A stretch of DNA of 28,414 bases from Chiloscyllium plagiosum (taxonomy: Eukaryota). How positions within the stretch are numbered: the first letter of the stretch is position 1; every line of letters begins with the position of its first letter. The notes below the pieces were generated by a model. That model made no database searches. It was not told the origin of the DNA and saw only the letters and a program-made list of their open reading frames with translations. Location: contig NC_057719.1 in assembly GCF_004010195.1 (NCBI RefSeq), positions 68,351,873-68,380,286 of the forward strand. The letters run 5' to 3'. Of the stretch, positions 1 to 10,820 are shown in pieces. The position numbers and the translations under genes are program-made.

Positions 1-60
1 GGGCCGAAGGGCCTGTTTCCACACTGTAATCTAATCTAATCTAATCTAATCTAAAATCTA
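1..60 (+). mobile_element. 3' end of HE1-like SINE (or CR1/HER1 tail) with (AATCT)n tail, cut by window edge
   Basis: GGGCCGAAGGGCCTGTTTCCACACTGTA followed by AATCT repeats; matches the 3' ends of the SINE copies at 5442-5756 (-) and 24985-25248 (+). Confidence 0.85.
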
Positions 61-1239
61 TCCTTAAAATAGTTCAATGAGGGAGTTTATCTTAAAAATC
101 ATTGTAATTTTAATACCTGCTGGCTGTGATGCCCAGCAACTGTTCTGGACAAAGGGAATCCAAAGGTGATCTATGAGGTAACTGCCTTTTCTAACACTGC
201 TTATTGGTCAAACCAGAGGGAGTGTGGTTCAGCTGCCACTCCCTCCTCTCTGCTTCTTTGTTTGACCGCCAACCAAACTTTCAATCTGCTTCACTGCATG
301 ATCAGAAGGTGAGACAGAAGGTTATTAGACCTGATTCTGTTGTTCAGTTCAACTAGGCCTCCAGGAAAATTGTATTTCAAGATTTCTAAAGCACTGTGCT
401 CTCTTCTAGCCTCCCTTTAACACTGCCCTTCATAATTGTGCTATCAGTAATCATAAACATGTGAATTAATTACATGTACATTATATCTGCATTGACATCA
501 TATTGATGCACAATGATACGCTGCTGAATGGAATTGCCCTTGCTGCACATTGAGACTGGACCTCATGAATTGATGGCATCAAGTCAAAAATGGACATGTA
601 AGGAAGCACTGAGGATGGTAAGGGCACATAATTTACACAGGGTGGGGGATTTCGATGTCCACTACCAAATGTAACTCAGCAGCGGCACTACTGATCAGCT
701 GGTCATCTCCTACCGGACATAGTTGCTTGACTGGGTCTGCAGTAGGTGGTAACATAACCAACAAGAGAGAAAAACATACTTGACCTCCTCCTTGACATTC
801 TGCCAGCTGCTGATACATCTGTCCATGACAGTATCGGGAAGAGTGACCACTGCACAGTCTTTATGGAGACCAAGTCCTGCCTTCACGTTGAGAATACACT
901 CCATTGTGATGTGTGGCATGATCACCGTGCAAATTTGGACAGACTTCGAAAAGATCTAGCAACTGAAGACTGGACATCCATGAGGCACTGTAGAAAATCA
1001 ACAGCTGCAGAACTGTACACCAGCACAATCTGTAACCTCATGGCCAGGCATATTCCCCACTCAAACATTACCATCGAGCCAAGGAATCAACTCTTGTTCA
1101 ATGGAAAGTGCAGGAGGGAATACCAGGAGCAGCACCTGGCATACCTGAAGATGAGGTGTCAACCTGGTGAAATCGACACATAGGATTACTTACATGCTAA
1201 ACAGTATAAGCAGTGAGTGATAAGCCGAGCTAAGTGATG

Positions 1240-1550
1240 GGACATTCCCCTATCTAGATCAATGGAGCTGACATAGGCATTGTCAAGAGCGTCCAGTTCC
1301 TGGGAGCTTCCTCTTCAGAAGACGAAGGAAATTTGGCATGCCCATAAGGACCCTCACTAAAATTTACAGATGCACCAGAGAAAGCATTCTATCTGGGTGC
1401 ATCACAACTTTGTATGGCAACTATTCCACCCAGCACCATAGGAAACTACAGAAAGTTGTGAACACAGCCTCGACCATCACGCAAGCCAATCTCTCAACCA
1501 CTGACTCTATTTACACTTCTCATTTTCGTGGAAAGGCAGAAACATCATCA
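1240..1550 (+). mobile_element. Rex1/Babar-like LINE fragment nested in the larger LINE
   Basis: Translation LTKIYRCTRESILSGCITTLYGNYSTQHHRKLQKVVNTASTITQANL resembles the conserved post-RT region of Rex1-type elements; the host LINE resumes at ~1555. Confidence 0.7.
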
Positions 1551-2352
1551 TCGATCTCTACAAATATCCACATCCTTGATGATAGAAGAGCCCAGCACAT
1601 CAGTGCAAAAAACGAAGCTGAAGCATTCACAGGAATCTTCAGCCAGAAGTACCAAGTGGATGATCCATTCTGGCCTCCTCCAGTAGTCCCCAGCATGACA
1701 GATTCCAGTGTTCAGCCAATTCGATTCTCTCCACATTATATCAAGAAATGATTGGAGGTACTGGATACTACAACGGATATGGTCACTGAAAGCATTCGGC
1801 AATAGTACTGGAGTCTTTTGCTCCAGAACCTGCTGCTCCCCTAGCCAAGCTGTTCCAGTACAGCAACAACACTGGCATCTACCCACCATTGTGGAAAATT
1901 GCCCAGTTATGTCCTGTACACAAAGAGTAGTGTAAATCCAGCCTGGCTCAATACCGCTCCATCAGCCTACTCTCAATCATCCATAAAGTGATGGAAGGTG
2001 TCATCAACAGTGCTATCAAGCAGTATCTTCTCAGTGATGCCAAGCCAGGGTTTGCCAGGACCACTCAGCACCTGACCTCATGACAGCTTTGTTTCAAACA
2101 TGGACAAAACAGCTGAATTCCAGAGGTGAGGTGAGAATGACAGGCTTTGAATCAAGGCAACATTTGACTGAGTGTGGCATCAAAGGACCCGAGAAAAACT
2201 GGAAACAATGGATATAAGGGAACAAACTCTACATGGGTTGGAGTTGTAACTGACACACAGGAAGGTGGTTGTGGTTGTTGGAGATCAGAATCTGGATTAG
2301 TGGTGCTGGAAGAGCACAGCAATTCAGGAAGCATCCAAGGAGCAGCGAAATT

Positions 2353-2382
2353 GACGTTTCGGGCAAAAGCCCTTCATCAGGA
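2353..2382 (-). ncRNA. Minimal hammerhead ribozyme-like core (inverted copy)
   Basis: Reverse complement reads CTGATGA-A-GGGC-TTTT-GCCC-GAAAC-GTC; stem I pairing is poor. Confidence 0.55.
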
Positions 2383-2525
2383 ATAAAGGCAGTGAGCCTG
2401 GAGCATGGAGAGAACCTATCACCTTCATCTCCTCCCCCACTCACCCATTGTACTCTATGCTACTCTCTCCTCACCCCCATCCTCCCCTAGCTTATCTCTC
2501 CACGCTTCAGGCTCACTGTCTTTAT

Positions 2526-2557
2526 TCCTGATGAAGGGCTTTTGCCCGAAACGTCGA
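2526..2557 (+). ncRNA. Minimal hammerhead ribozyme-like core
   Basis: CTGATGA (2528-2534), stem II GGGC/GCCC with TTTT loop, GAAA (2548-2551), loop-less palindromic ACGT stem III, GUC triplet; stem I only ~2 bp. Confidence 0.6.
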
Positions 2558-3764
2558 TTTCGCTGCTCCTTGGATGCTGCCTGAACTGCTGTGCTCTTCC
2601 AGTACTACCAATCCAGATTCTGGTTTCCAGGATCTGCAGTCATTGTTTTTACCTCGTTGTTGGAGATCAGCCATCTTACTTCAGGATGTCTCTGCAGGAG
2701 TTCCTCAGGATAGTATCCTCGGCCCAACCATCTTCGTCTGCTTTATCAATAACCTTCAGACCATCATAAGGTCATAAGTGGGGATGTTTGCTGATAATTG
2801 AACAATGTTCAACACTATTTGTGACTCCTCAGATACTGAAGCTGTCTATGTTCAAATGCAACAGGATCTGGACAATATCAAGCTTGGGCTGAAAAATGGC
2901 AAATAACATTTTGTTTGTGCCATAAAAATGCCAGGAAATGTGCATCTCCAGTAAAAGACTAACTACAATCCCTTGATATTAATGGCATTACCATCACTGA
3001 ATCCTCCACTACCAACATCATGGGGATTACCCAGTGACTACAAGCAGCAGGTCAGAGGCAAGGAATACTGCAGCAGGTAACTCACTACCTGAATCCCCAA
3101 GCCTGTTCACCATCTACAAGCCCAAGTCAGGCATGTGATGGAATACACCCCACTTGCCTGGTTGGATACAGTTCAAATAACACTCAAGAAGCTTGACACC
3201 ATCCAGAACAAAACAGTCCGCCTGATTGGCAAGCATTCCACAAGCATCCACTCCCTCCACCACATATGCTAGTACAAACAATGTGTATCATCAACAAGAT
3301 GCACTGCAGAAATTCCCCGAAGGTCTTTAGACAGCACATTCCAAACCCACATCTGCTTCCATCTGGAAGAACAAGGGTAGCAGATACATGTGAACAACTA
3401 TTACCTGCAAGTTCCCCTTCAAACCACTCACCATCCAGACTTGGAAGTACATCACTGTTCCTTCACTATCACTGATTCAAAATTCTGGAATTTCCAGCCG
3501 AAGGACATTGTGGTTCAAGCTACAGCATGTGGTCTGCAGTGATTCATGGAGACTGCTCATCACCACATTCTCAAAGCAATTAGGGACAGGTAATAAAAAT
3601 GCTGGCTGGCCAGCGACACCCACGTCCCACAAGTGAATAAAATAAAAACCTGCTGATTACCCCCAACTTCCTTCTCACACCTGATAGCTCAGTACTCCTC
3701 CATGCTGAACAACATTTGGATGTTGTTTCTGAGTGTAGCATGAGCTCAGAATATACTCCAGGAC

Positions 3765-4620
3765 AACCAAGACCCCTTGACATTCAATGGTATTGTCATC
3801 ATTGGGTCGCCACTATCAGCATTCTGGGCATTATCAATGGTCAGAAATGGAACTGGACTGCTCATATAAATATTATGGCTATAAAAGCAGGTCTAAGATG
3901 AGGAGTCCAGCAGTCGCTGACTCACCAAAGCCTTTCTGCCATCGACAAGGAAGAAGTCAGAGTGTGATGGAATACTTCCCTCTTGTTTGAATGAATGCAG
4001 CTTCAACAACATCCAAAAAACTTGACAAAACAGCCCATCCAGGACAAAACAGCCCATTCAGTCACTGCACTCCTGATGATCAGTAGCCATCTGCAAGATG
4101 CTCTGCAGAAATTATCCAAGGTTTCTTAGACAGCACCTTCTAAACCCATGGACACTTCTATTTGGAAGGACAATGGCAGCAGATACATAGGAATGCCACC
4201 ACCTAAAACTTCCCCTCTCCAAGTCACTCACCATCCTGACCTGGACATCTGAGGCAGTTCCTTTAGTGCCACTGGGTCAAAATCCACCATTCCATCCTAG
4301 TATCATTACGGTCAGGCAGCATCTAAGGAGCAGGAGAATCGACGTTTCAGGCATGAGCTCATGCCCGAAACGTCGATTCTCCTGCTCCTTGGATGCTGCC
4401 TGACCTGCTCCGCTTTTCCAGCAACACATTTTCAGCTCTGATCTCCAGCATCTGCAGTCCTCACTTTCTTCTCTAGTATCATTACGGGTCTACCGACAGC
4501 TCATGGACTGCAGTGGTTCAAGAAGACAACTTACCACTACCTTCTGAAGAGCAACTTAGGATGAACAATGAATGCTGACCTTGCCTTGCGATGTCCACGT
4601 CCCATGAATGAATTTTTAAG
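3765..4620 (+). mobile_element. Second, 5'-truncated copy of the CR1/L2-group LINE 3' region
   Basis: Collinear with ~2970-3648 (CCCTTGACATTCAATGG, AAGTCAG..GTGTGATGGAATAC, AAGATGC.CTGCAGAAATT, CACTCACCATCC.GAC) and ends CCACGTCCCATGAATGAATTTT. Confidence 0.85.
4312..4472 (+). mobile_element. Penelope-like fold-back element (spacer-less hairpin, partial hammerhead)
   Basis: 48-bp arms 4310-4357 and 4358-4405 centred on ATGAG|CTCAT; GCCCGAAACGTC retained, CTGATGA absent; 3' TCCAGCATCTGCAGT; exact 15-bp TSD CTAGTATCATTACGG at 4297-4311 and 4473-4487. Confidence 0.85.
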
Positions 4621-4621
4621 A

Positions 4622-4710
4622 ACTCCCTCAGTACTGTGATCGAGCATCAGATTCAATTATGTGCTCAAATCTTTACTGCTCTCTGATTGACAGTCAGGAT
4701 TGTTGTAACT
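4622..4710 (-). mobile_element. Degraded fragment of a DeuSINE-like (SacSINE1-type) element
   Basis: ACTCCCTCAGTACTG...ATTATGTGCTCAA resembles the reverse strand of shark Deu-domain SINEs; recognised from memory, short and decayed. Confidence 0.4.
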
Positions 4711-5441
4711 AATCTGAAGATGTACCACTACTGAAAAGGTTGGCTGAATCTAGGAAGACATGGTTGCCAGATTGGACATGTGGCAGATGGTGAAGGAAGT
4801 AATATGAGGAAATGAGCCACTTGAGCTTGCCATCACCAATGCCACAGATGCATTTGACCATGACTGTACTCCTAGGAGCAGTTACACCAAGTGCTAACTT
4901 CACAATGAGGACAATCTCCAGCATGTTGGGCACCAGTTTACCACTGTATGACTTGGGATAGATTCAAACAGATAACAGCAGCTCCAGTCGAGTTATTCAT
5001 GAGACAATGTTGGATCATCATTAGCTGATTGTTTTACACCACAATTTTGCAACATCTGATTAGATGCTAGTGTCAACAATTGGAATGCTTCAGAGATTAT
5101 AACTTCCTATAACAAGTGGACAATAGTTAACATGGAAAACTATAGTGGACTGAACCCAGTCTGAATGTATGCAAATCCATTGAATATACCTATACCAGAG
5201 TTCAGCTCCTAATCAGGCAGCCTCATTCTGGGAAACTATCTTCGAAACCATAAATAATTGTTGTGGAAAATGTGAATATTGCACTCAAACAACCATGTTA
5301 TTTTAAAGAGGCAGGGATACAGGTACAGCTCAAAATCGTTCAGATTATGAACATTGTAGAGACTGAAGTACTAAAGAATATTTAGGCAAAACTGCTTAGA
5401 CTGAATCATGCCAGCATTTATGTCTCTAGTATTTGTATCAT

Positions 5442-5756
5442 ATTAGATTAGATTACCTACAGTGTGGAAACAGGCCTTTCGGCCCAACAAGTCCACTCCG
5501 ACCCTCTGAAGAGTAACCCACCCAGACCCATTTCGTTCTGACCAATGCACCTAACCATATGTGCAATTTAATATGGCCAATTCACCTGAACTGCACATCT
5601 TTAGACTGTGGGAGGAAACCAGAGCACCCAGAGGAAACCCATGCAGACACGGGGAGAATGTGCAAACTCCACACAGACAGTTGCCCGAGGCTGGAATTGA
5701 ACCTGGGACTCTGGTGCTATGAGGCAGCAATGCTAACCATGAGCCACCGTGCCACC
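5442..5756 (-). mobile_element. Full-length HE1-like SINE (V-SINE superfamily)
   Basis: On the - strand: tRNA-like head GGTGGCACGGTGGCTCATGGTTAGC (A box) and GGTTCAATTCC (B box, 5693-5703), V-domain TGTGTGGAGTTTGCACATTCTCCCCGTGTCTGC, CR1-like tail GGGCCGAAAGGCCTGTTTCCACACTGTAG + AATCT repeats. Confidence 0.92.
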
Positions 5757-5773
5757 TAAACATTTGGTTTCAT

Positions 5774-5999
5774 AGTAAGGACTGCAAATGTTTGAAGTCA
5801 AAATCGATAAAAAATGGAACTGGGAAGGCACAGCAGGTCAGGTAGCATCAAAGGAGCAGGAAAGTCAACATTTCGGGTCAGGACCCTTTATCAGGACGAG
5901 GGTCCCTGTCCTGATGAAGGGTCCCAACCCATAACATCAACTTTCTTGCTCCTCCGATGCTGCTTGACCTGCTGTGCCTCTCCAGCTCCATTTTGTATC
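5774..5999 (-). mobile_element. Older Penelope-like fold-back element with two decayed hammerhead cores
   Basis: Inverted arms 5806-5897 and 5908-5999; GTC-CTGATGA-AGGGTC..ACCC at 5908-5930 and its mirror with GAAA; 3' motif CATTTGCAGTCCTTA on the - strand; no clear TSD. Confidence 0.75.
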
Positions 6000-7764
6000 C
6001 ACCCAACAATACTCCTTGATTCAAGAACCCAAGCTGGAACTGTATGTATTACTGTTTAACTTGTGTTGCTTACAATATGCTCTGAACGTCTTGATGAGAT
6101 TGTAAGCTTGTCACTTCCTTCTAGCTCTCTCTGCACAAGTTTGTTCGCTGTGAGGGTTTCTGATGGTTGTCAGACTTTCTTTGAGCAAATAATTCAGCTA
6201 ATAAACCCTAGAAATGCTAGATTTGTATTTCAAAGGGCAGAGCCACGTTTTTCTGGCCTTTTTTGAAGACTGCAATGGCTAAACAGAGACACAGTTTTAA
6301 ATGTACACCACCCAGCAATTCATTGGAAGAATTAATTGAAACGTTCCCAAATATTCTTAGATGGACTAGTTAAAGTCCATTTGAATAAAGGTCCACAAAT
6401 GGCAACTAATTGTTTGTACTGGAGAACTTTTAAATGAATTGAATGGGAATGAACAATGGTAACTTTGATTCATTTCATGCCTTTGCCAGAACATGAAGCA
6501 CAATTGGATTTCTTTGTGCCAAATTATTACATTTTCTCTTTGCAGCCTTCAGAGACTGCAAGCTATTCTTTGAGCATGATGATTCTATATAGTAAAGCTT
6601 AGAACCTTGAACTGAAATACTTCAAAGCAAAGCAGCATGTGAATTATTAAGACAAAATTGCTCCAAGCAGTCAGTGGATTACTTGAGTTACATATGCACA
6701 ATATTTTACAGTGTTGAAGTGCAAGCTCAAAGAATAGGACAAAAGAAAGCGTCAATCAGCCAGCTCAAACATCATTTCGAACAACAAAAAAACAAATTCG
6801 TATGTTTGGGAACTAAAAAAACATTTTTGCAGGGATAGTGGAAAGAAGATATAGTTTGTTACACTGTTGGGTACTTATCTATGACACATTTGTTTTAAAA
6901 ATAATACACATTTGCCAACAAGGACTTGTTGTAAAATGTGCCAGATCCGACTACAATTACTGTTCCATATTGCTATATATGGCGAAGTTAAGGTGTACCA
7001 TTTACTTTGAAGGTTTTATTCAATTTTTGGAATTGCAGGCTGAACCTTAGCTGACATCTGTAAACCTGATATAAAAATTAAATATTGAGACTATTCCTTG
7101 CATGTGCTTTGTCCTTATTAACTGCTAAATTTTTAAGGTAGAGCTGACTTGTCATTTTAAGTTCAGGCCTTCCGAAACACTGCTAAACAATGCACTCGAT
7201 CATTAGACATTGTACTAAAGTCATTTTTAAATCACTCCAGAATAAAGATATCCTTCAGTAATTTTTTAAAAGTTTTCCAAAGTGCCAAATGTAAGTTTCA
7301 CTCACATGATATCCTGAGTCCTTTATCACCATGAACTAATGTTTCAAGACTCAACGTGACTTTTGAGGATTAATGAAAATAGGCCACAATGCTTCTTTTG
7401 AAATGATACATTGGAGAATGTAGGCTTCTTGCATATTTCTGTAGCAGCTTGTAGTTAGGTCATGTTTTGTAGCCGTATTGCCAATGCTGTTGGAATGAAC
7501 ATGGGTTCATATAATAAGGGAATACTAAGAGATGATCAATTTAATTGCAGCGATAAATTAATCTGACAATGAAAAAATGTTAATACTGGCAACAAAGATA
7601 TCAATTTCCCTTCAGTGGAAATTAGCACCTGGATTGATAAAACATTTACCATTACCTGAGCTGGCATTAAAATTGAAAATAAAAGTAGAATTCCAATTTG
7701 CATTCATAATAGAAGCTGCTTCACAAAAAATATGGTCACTGTTACTAGTTCCATCATGACAAGT

Positions 7765-8600
7765 TATATGATGCCTTTAATGTAGATCAGGATCCAAAAG
7801 CATTTCAGAGACAGGAGGGAAACTATAGCAGCAAAGCCAGTGAAGAAGTTGTTGTGAATGGTAATCAAGAAAGTGGCTTTTATAGAGAATCTTAAAGGAG
7901 GAGATGAAGGTTGAGGAGTAGAGTGATTCAGGTAGAGAATTGCAAGTATTTAAGGTGGGCAGAATGACTGGATTCAGACGTCAGAGAAATTTGATTGGAT
8001 TGCCAATCTATAATGAACCATAGTCTACAGTATGTATTGCTCTCTGTTACCTGAGATTCTGTTATAATTGGTTATAGCACTGAAGCTTATAAAGTTAGGT
8101 GGAGGTGAATTCAATGAGAGGTTTAAATTCAGGATGAGAATACTCAGTTTGAGGAACTGGGAGATGGAGGCATTGGGAAGACTAAATAGATGGTTGAAAA
8201 TTGATGTGGGATAAAACTTCGGTTTAGAGAGGCTGGAAGACAGGATGCGGATCAGGAGAATATTAGAATCACAATTTCTGTAGGTGACAAAGGATGTGGA
8301 TTTCATAAGGAGACCGAAGCAGATCGTGATATGATTGGTAGAGATCCTAATGTCATTATTATATGAGTAAGAGCAATAGAGGGTCCTGCTGGCTGGTCAG
8401 CAAAGATGAGGTATTAGAAAAGGATGGTCTGGTCAGCCATGTCAAGAAAGCAGCGAGGTTGAAGATAAAGGTGATGTTCTATGGCCACAGTGATATAGGA
8501 GATGCCTTTTGTAACTTCAGGGAAATTATGAACAGTAGAAAACTAGTTGTGAAGTAATCGAAAGAAATTTATACAAGAGGAGACAAGGATCTGGACAGTT
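7765..8600 (-). mobile_element. Highly decayed L2-like LINE 3' region
   Basis: Purine-rich + strand with L2-like terminal motifs (TATATGATGCCTTTAATGTA, TCTTAAAGGAGGAGA); no intact ORF; boundaries approximate. Confidence 0.45.
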
Positions 8601-8684
8601 GTTACATGTTGAAGGAATAAGTTATTCGTCATGTTCCATGTCAGAATGTATCCACATCAAACAGGTTAAAATTAACAATTTTCT

Positions 8685-9235
8685 ACATTGGTTAGGCCAC
8701 TGTTGGAATATTGCGTGCAATTCTGGTCTCCTTCCTATCGGAAAGATGTTGTGAAACTTGAAAGGATTCAGAAAAGATTTACAAGGATGTTGCCAGGGTT
8801 GGAGGACCTGACCTCACGGAAAGGCTGAACAGTCTGGGGCTGTTTTCCCTGGAGCGTCGGAGGCTGAGGGGTGACCTTGTAGAGGTTTATAAAATCATGA
8901 GGGGCTTGGATAGGATAAAAAGATAAAGTCTTTTCTCTGGGATGAGGGAGTCCAGAACTAGAGGGTGAGAGGGGAAAGATATAAAAGAGACCTAAGAGGC
9001 AACGTTTTCACTCAGAGGGTGGTATGTATATGGAATGAGCTGCCAGAGGAAGTGGTGGAGGCTGGTACAATTGCAACATTTAAGAGGCATTTGGATGGGT
9101 ATGTGAATAGGAAGGGTTTGGTGGGATATGGGCCGGGTGCTGGCAGGTGGGACGAGATTGGGTTGGGATATCTGGTCGGCATGGATGGTTTGGATCGAAG
9201 GGTCTGTTTCCATGCTGTACATCTCTGACTCTATG
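8685..9235 (+). mobile_element. CR1/HER1-type LINE, 5'-truncated 3' fragment
   Basis: Encodes LVRPLLEYCVQFWSP and FTQRVVCIWNELPEEVVEAGTIATFKRHLD; tail GAAGGGTCTGTTTCCATGCTGTACATCTCTGACTCTATG. Confidence 0.92.
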
Positions 9236-9279
9236 TTGGTGATGTTGTTGATTGAGGGAGCAATCCTGTCCAGGGGATG

Positions 9280-9462
9280 TACAAAGATAAAATTCACACA
9301 ACACAAGGTTATAGTCCAACAGGTTTAATTGGAAGCACTAGCTTTCGGAGCGCTGCTCCTTCATCAGGTGGCTGTGGATGAAGGAGCAGCGCTCCAATAG
9401 CTAGTGCTTCCATTTAAATCTGTTGGACTATAGCTTGGTGTTGTGTGATTTTTAACTTTGTA
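9280..9462 (-). mobile_element. Penelope-like fold-back element of a distinct family with an intact hammerhead core
   Basis: ~85-bp inverted arms (TACAAAG...TTCATC / GATGAA...CTTTGTA) separated by ~10 bp; hammerhead at the centre; no TSD seen. Confidence 0.8.
9336..9370 (-). ncRNA. Minimal type I hammerhead ribozyme
   Basis: - strand: CAC-CTGATGA-A-GGAGC-AGC-GCTCC-GAAAG-CTA-GTG. Stem I CAC/GTG, 5-bp stem II, palindromic AGCT stem III, CUA triplet; all core residues present. Confidence 0.75.
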
Positions 9463-9464
9463 AA

Positions 9465-10819
9465 TCCTTACTCACATCTCTCATTCTTTTTGATGCACTC
9501 TGTTGTGCACACATTCTGGTTTACACATGCACTTTTTTCTCTTTTTTCTCTTGCACACTCTCTAAATCATACTCGTACTCTTTCTCTTTTCCTGTTTCTG
9601 CCTCACGCACACTCTCTCTTAGACTCTTCCTCTGGCACATGCTTACTCTGTCTCTCACACTATTTCTTGCACATGCAGTCTCACACACATGCCCTGTCAC
9701 TAGCATGTTCTCTTTCACTCTCTCTCCCACTTGCTCTCCCTCTCACATGCCATCACTCTGTAGCATGCACTTTCACTCTATTGCATGCACTCACACATGC
9801 TCACGCTTTCAAATGAACTCTTTCTCTCAGGCATGCTGTCTCTTTCAGACATGCTTTCTCATGCACTCACTCAATGTCTCACTCCCTTTCTCTCTCATGT
9901 GTGTATTTTCTAACACACGTGTACTTTCTTGCTCATGCTCACTCTCCTGTAATATCTCCCTCCCATATACTCCCTCAGTCTCGCACTCACTCAATTGCTC
10001 TCTTAACCACTCACTTCCTTGCACATGCTGTCTTTCTCTTTGCATACTCTCTTCTGCGATCTATCTCCTCCAAATTCTCTCTCTCTTCCTTGCATTCAAT
10101 CTGTCTTACACGCTCTCACTTTATCTATGCTCTCTTAGAAAAACTAATTTTCACACACACCCTGTTTCTCACATGCTTTTTTGATCACATACACACACAG
10201 GTGCACTCTCTTGCATGCACTCAATCTCTATCTCTGCCATTCTCTTACACACTCATGACTCTCTCTATTTTGCAACCTCTCTCCCACATTCTCTGGCACT
10301 TAATCTCTTTCGCACTTTTCCTCTCTCAAAGTCACTATCTCTCAGCTGCACTCAGTCTCACAGGCAGACACTTAATCTTGCACAAACTTTTCCTCTTGTG
10401 CGTAGTTTTATTGCATACCCTCTGTTTCTGTTTTGTCCAATCTTCCCCCAAAGTCTCTCTATTGCACTCAGTTTCACTCACACACTTGATCTTTCTCATA
10501 GCTGAACTCTCTTGTGAACTCACTTTTTGTCTCTCTCTCTCTGTCAGGCACACTCAGTCTCACATGCAAACTCTCCCTCTCTGTCAGGTACACTCACTGT
10601 CTCACATGCAGATTCTCTCTCTTACACTTATCCTGTTGTACAGACAAATGCTCAAATGCATGCGTTCTCTGGCATTTGCTCTCTGTAGCATACATTCTCT
10701 CTCGTTTCTCATTTGCACACACTTTTTCCTGCATTCTTGAAATCTCTCTAATGAACACTCATTGTTTATGTCTCTGACATGCGCACACATATACTCTCTA
10801 GTGCAATCTCTGTCTCTCT
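9465..10819. repeat. Degenerate CT/CA-rich low-complexity tract, part 1
   Basis: Continuous CTCTCT/CACACA/CACATG-type words, strongly G-poor on the + strand. Confidence 0.9.
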
Positions 10820-10820
10820 A

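Larger units (their letters stand above)
2289..2655 (+). mobile_element. Non-autonomous Penelope-like fold-back element with hammerhead cores on both strands
   Basis: 128-bp inverted arms 2286-2413 and 2495-2622; exact 15-bp TSD GTTGTTGGAGATCAG at 2274-2288 and 2656-2670; 3' motif TCCAGGATCTGCAGT; interrupts the LINE RT region. Confidence 0.85.
570..3648 (+). mobile_element. Decayed non-LTR retrotransposon (CR1/L2 group) ORF2 relic, endonuclease + RT + 3' tail, with two nested insertions
   Basis: APE-like GDFDVH near 645; RT segment GVPQDSILGPTIFVCFINNL (~2698-2756) and FADN (degenerate FADD) at ~2787; many stops and frameshifts; tail GCAATTAGGGACAGG...AATGCTGGC...CCAGCGACACCCACGTCCCAC..TGAATAAAA. 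The 5' boundary is approximate. Confidence 0.85.

Noticed and set aside
28..60. Short tandem repeats as a CRISPR array or telomere
   Set aside because: (AATCT)n retroposon tail with no spacers, and not TTAGGG.
1338..1751. 137-aa ORF as a gene
   Set aside because: Chance in-frame fusion of a Rex1-like fragment and the host LINE relic.
4720..5400. Possible Gypsy pol remnant (CGKCEYC near 5262-5282)
   Set aside because: Only a CxxC-like word with no other supporting motif or LTR pair.
6530..6600. Strong splice acceptor TTTTCTCTTTGCAG
   Set aside because: All three frames stop within ~20 codons and no recognisable peptide or convincing donor follows.
7645..7760. Minus-strand donor CAG|GTAATG with a short open frame
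   Set aside because: Peptide unrecognisable and no convincing exon-defining acceptor; cannot support an exon without RNA-seq.
9445..10790. Long ORFs (288, 181, 123 aa) rich in L/S/H/T/C
   Set aside because: They arise from stop-poor CT/CA low-complexity DNA, with several frames open at once and no domain.
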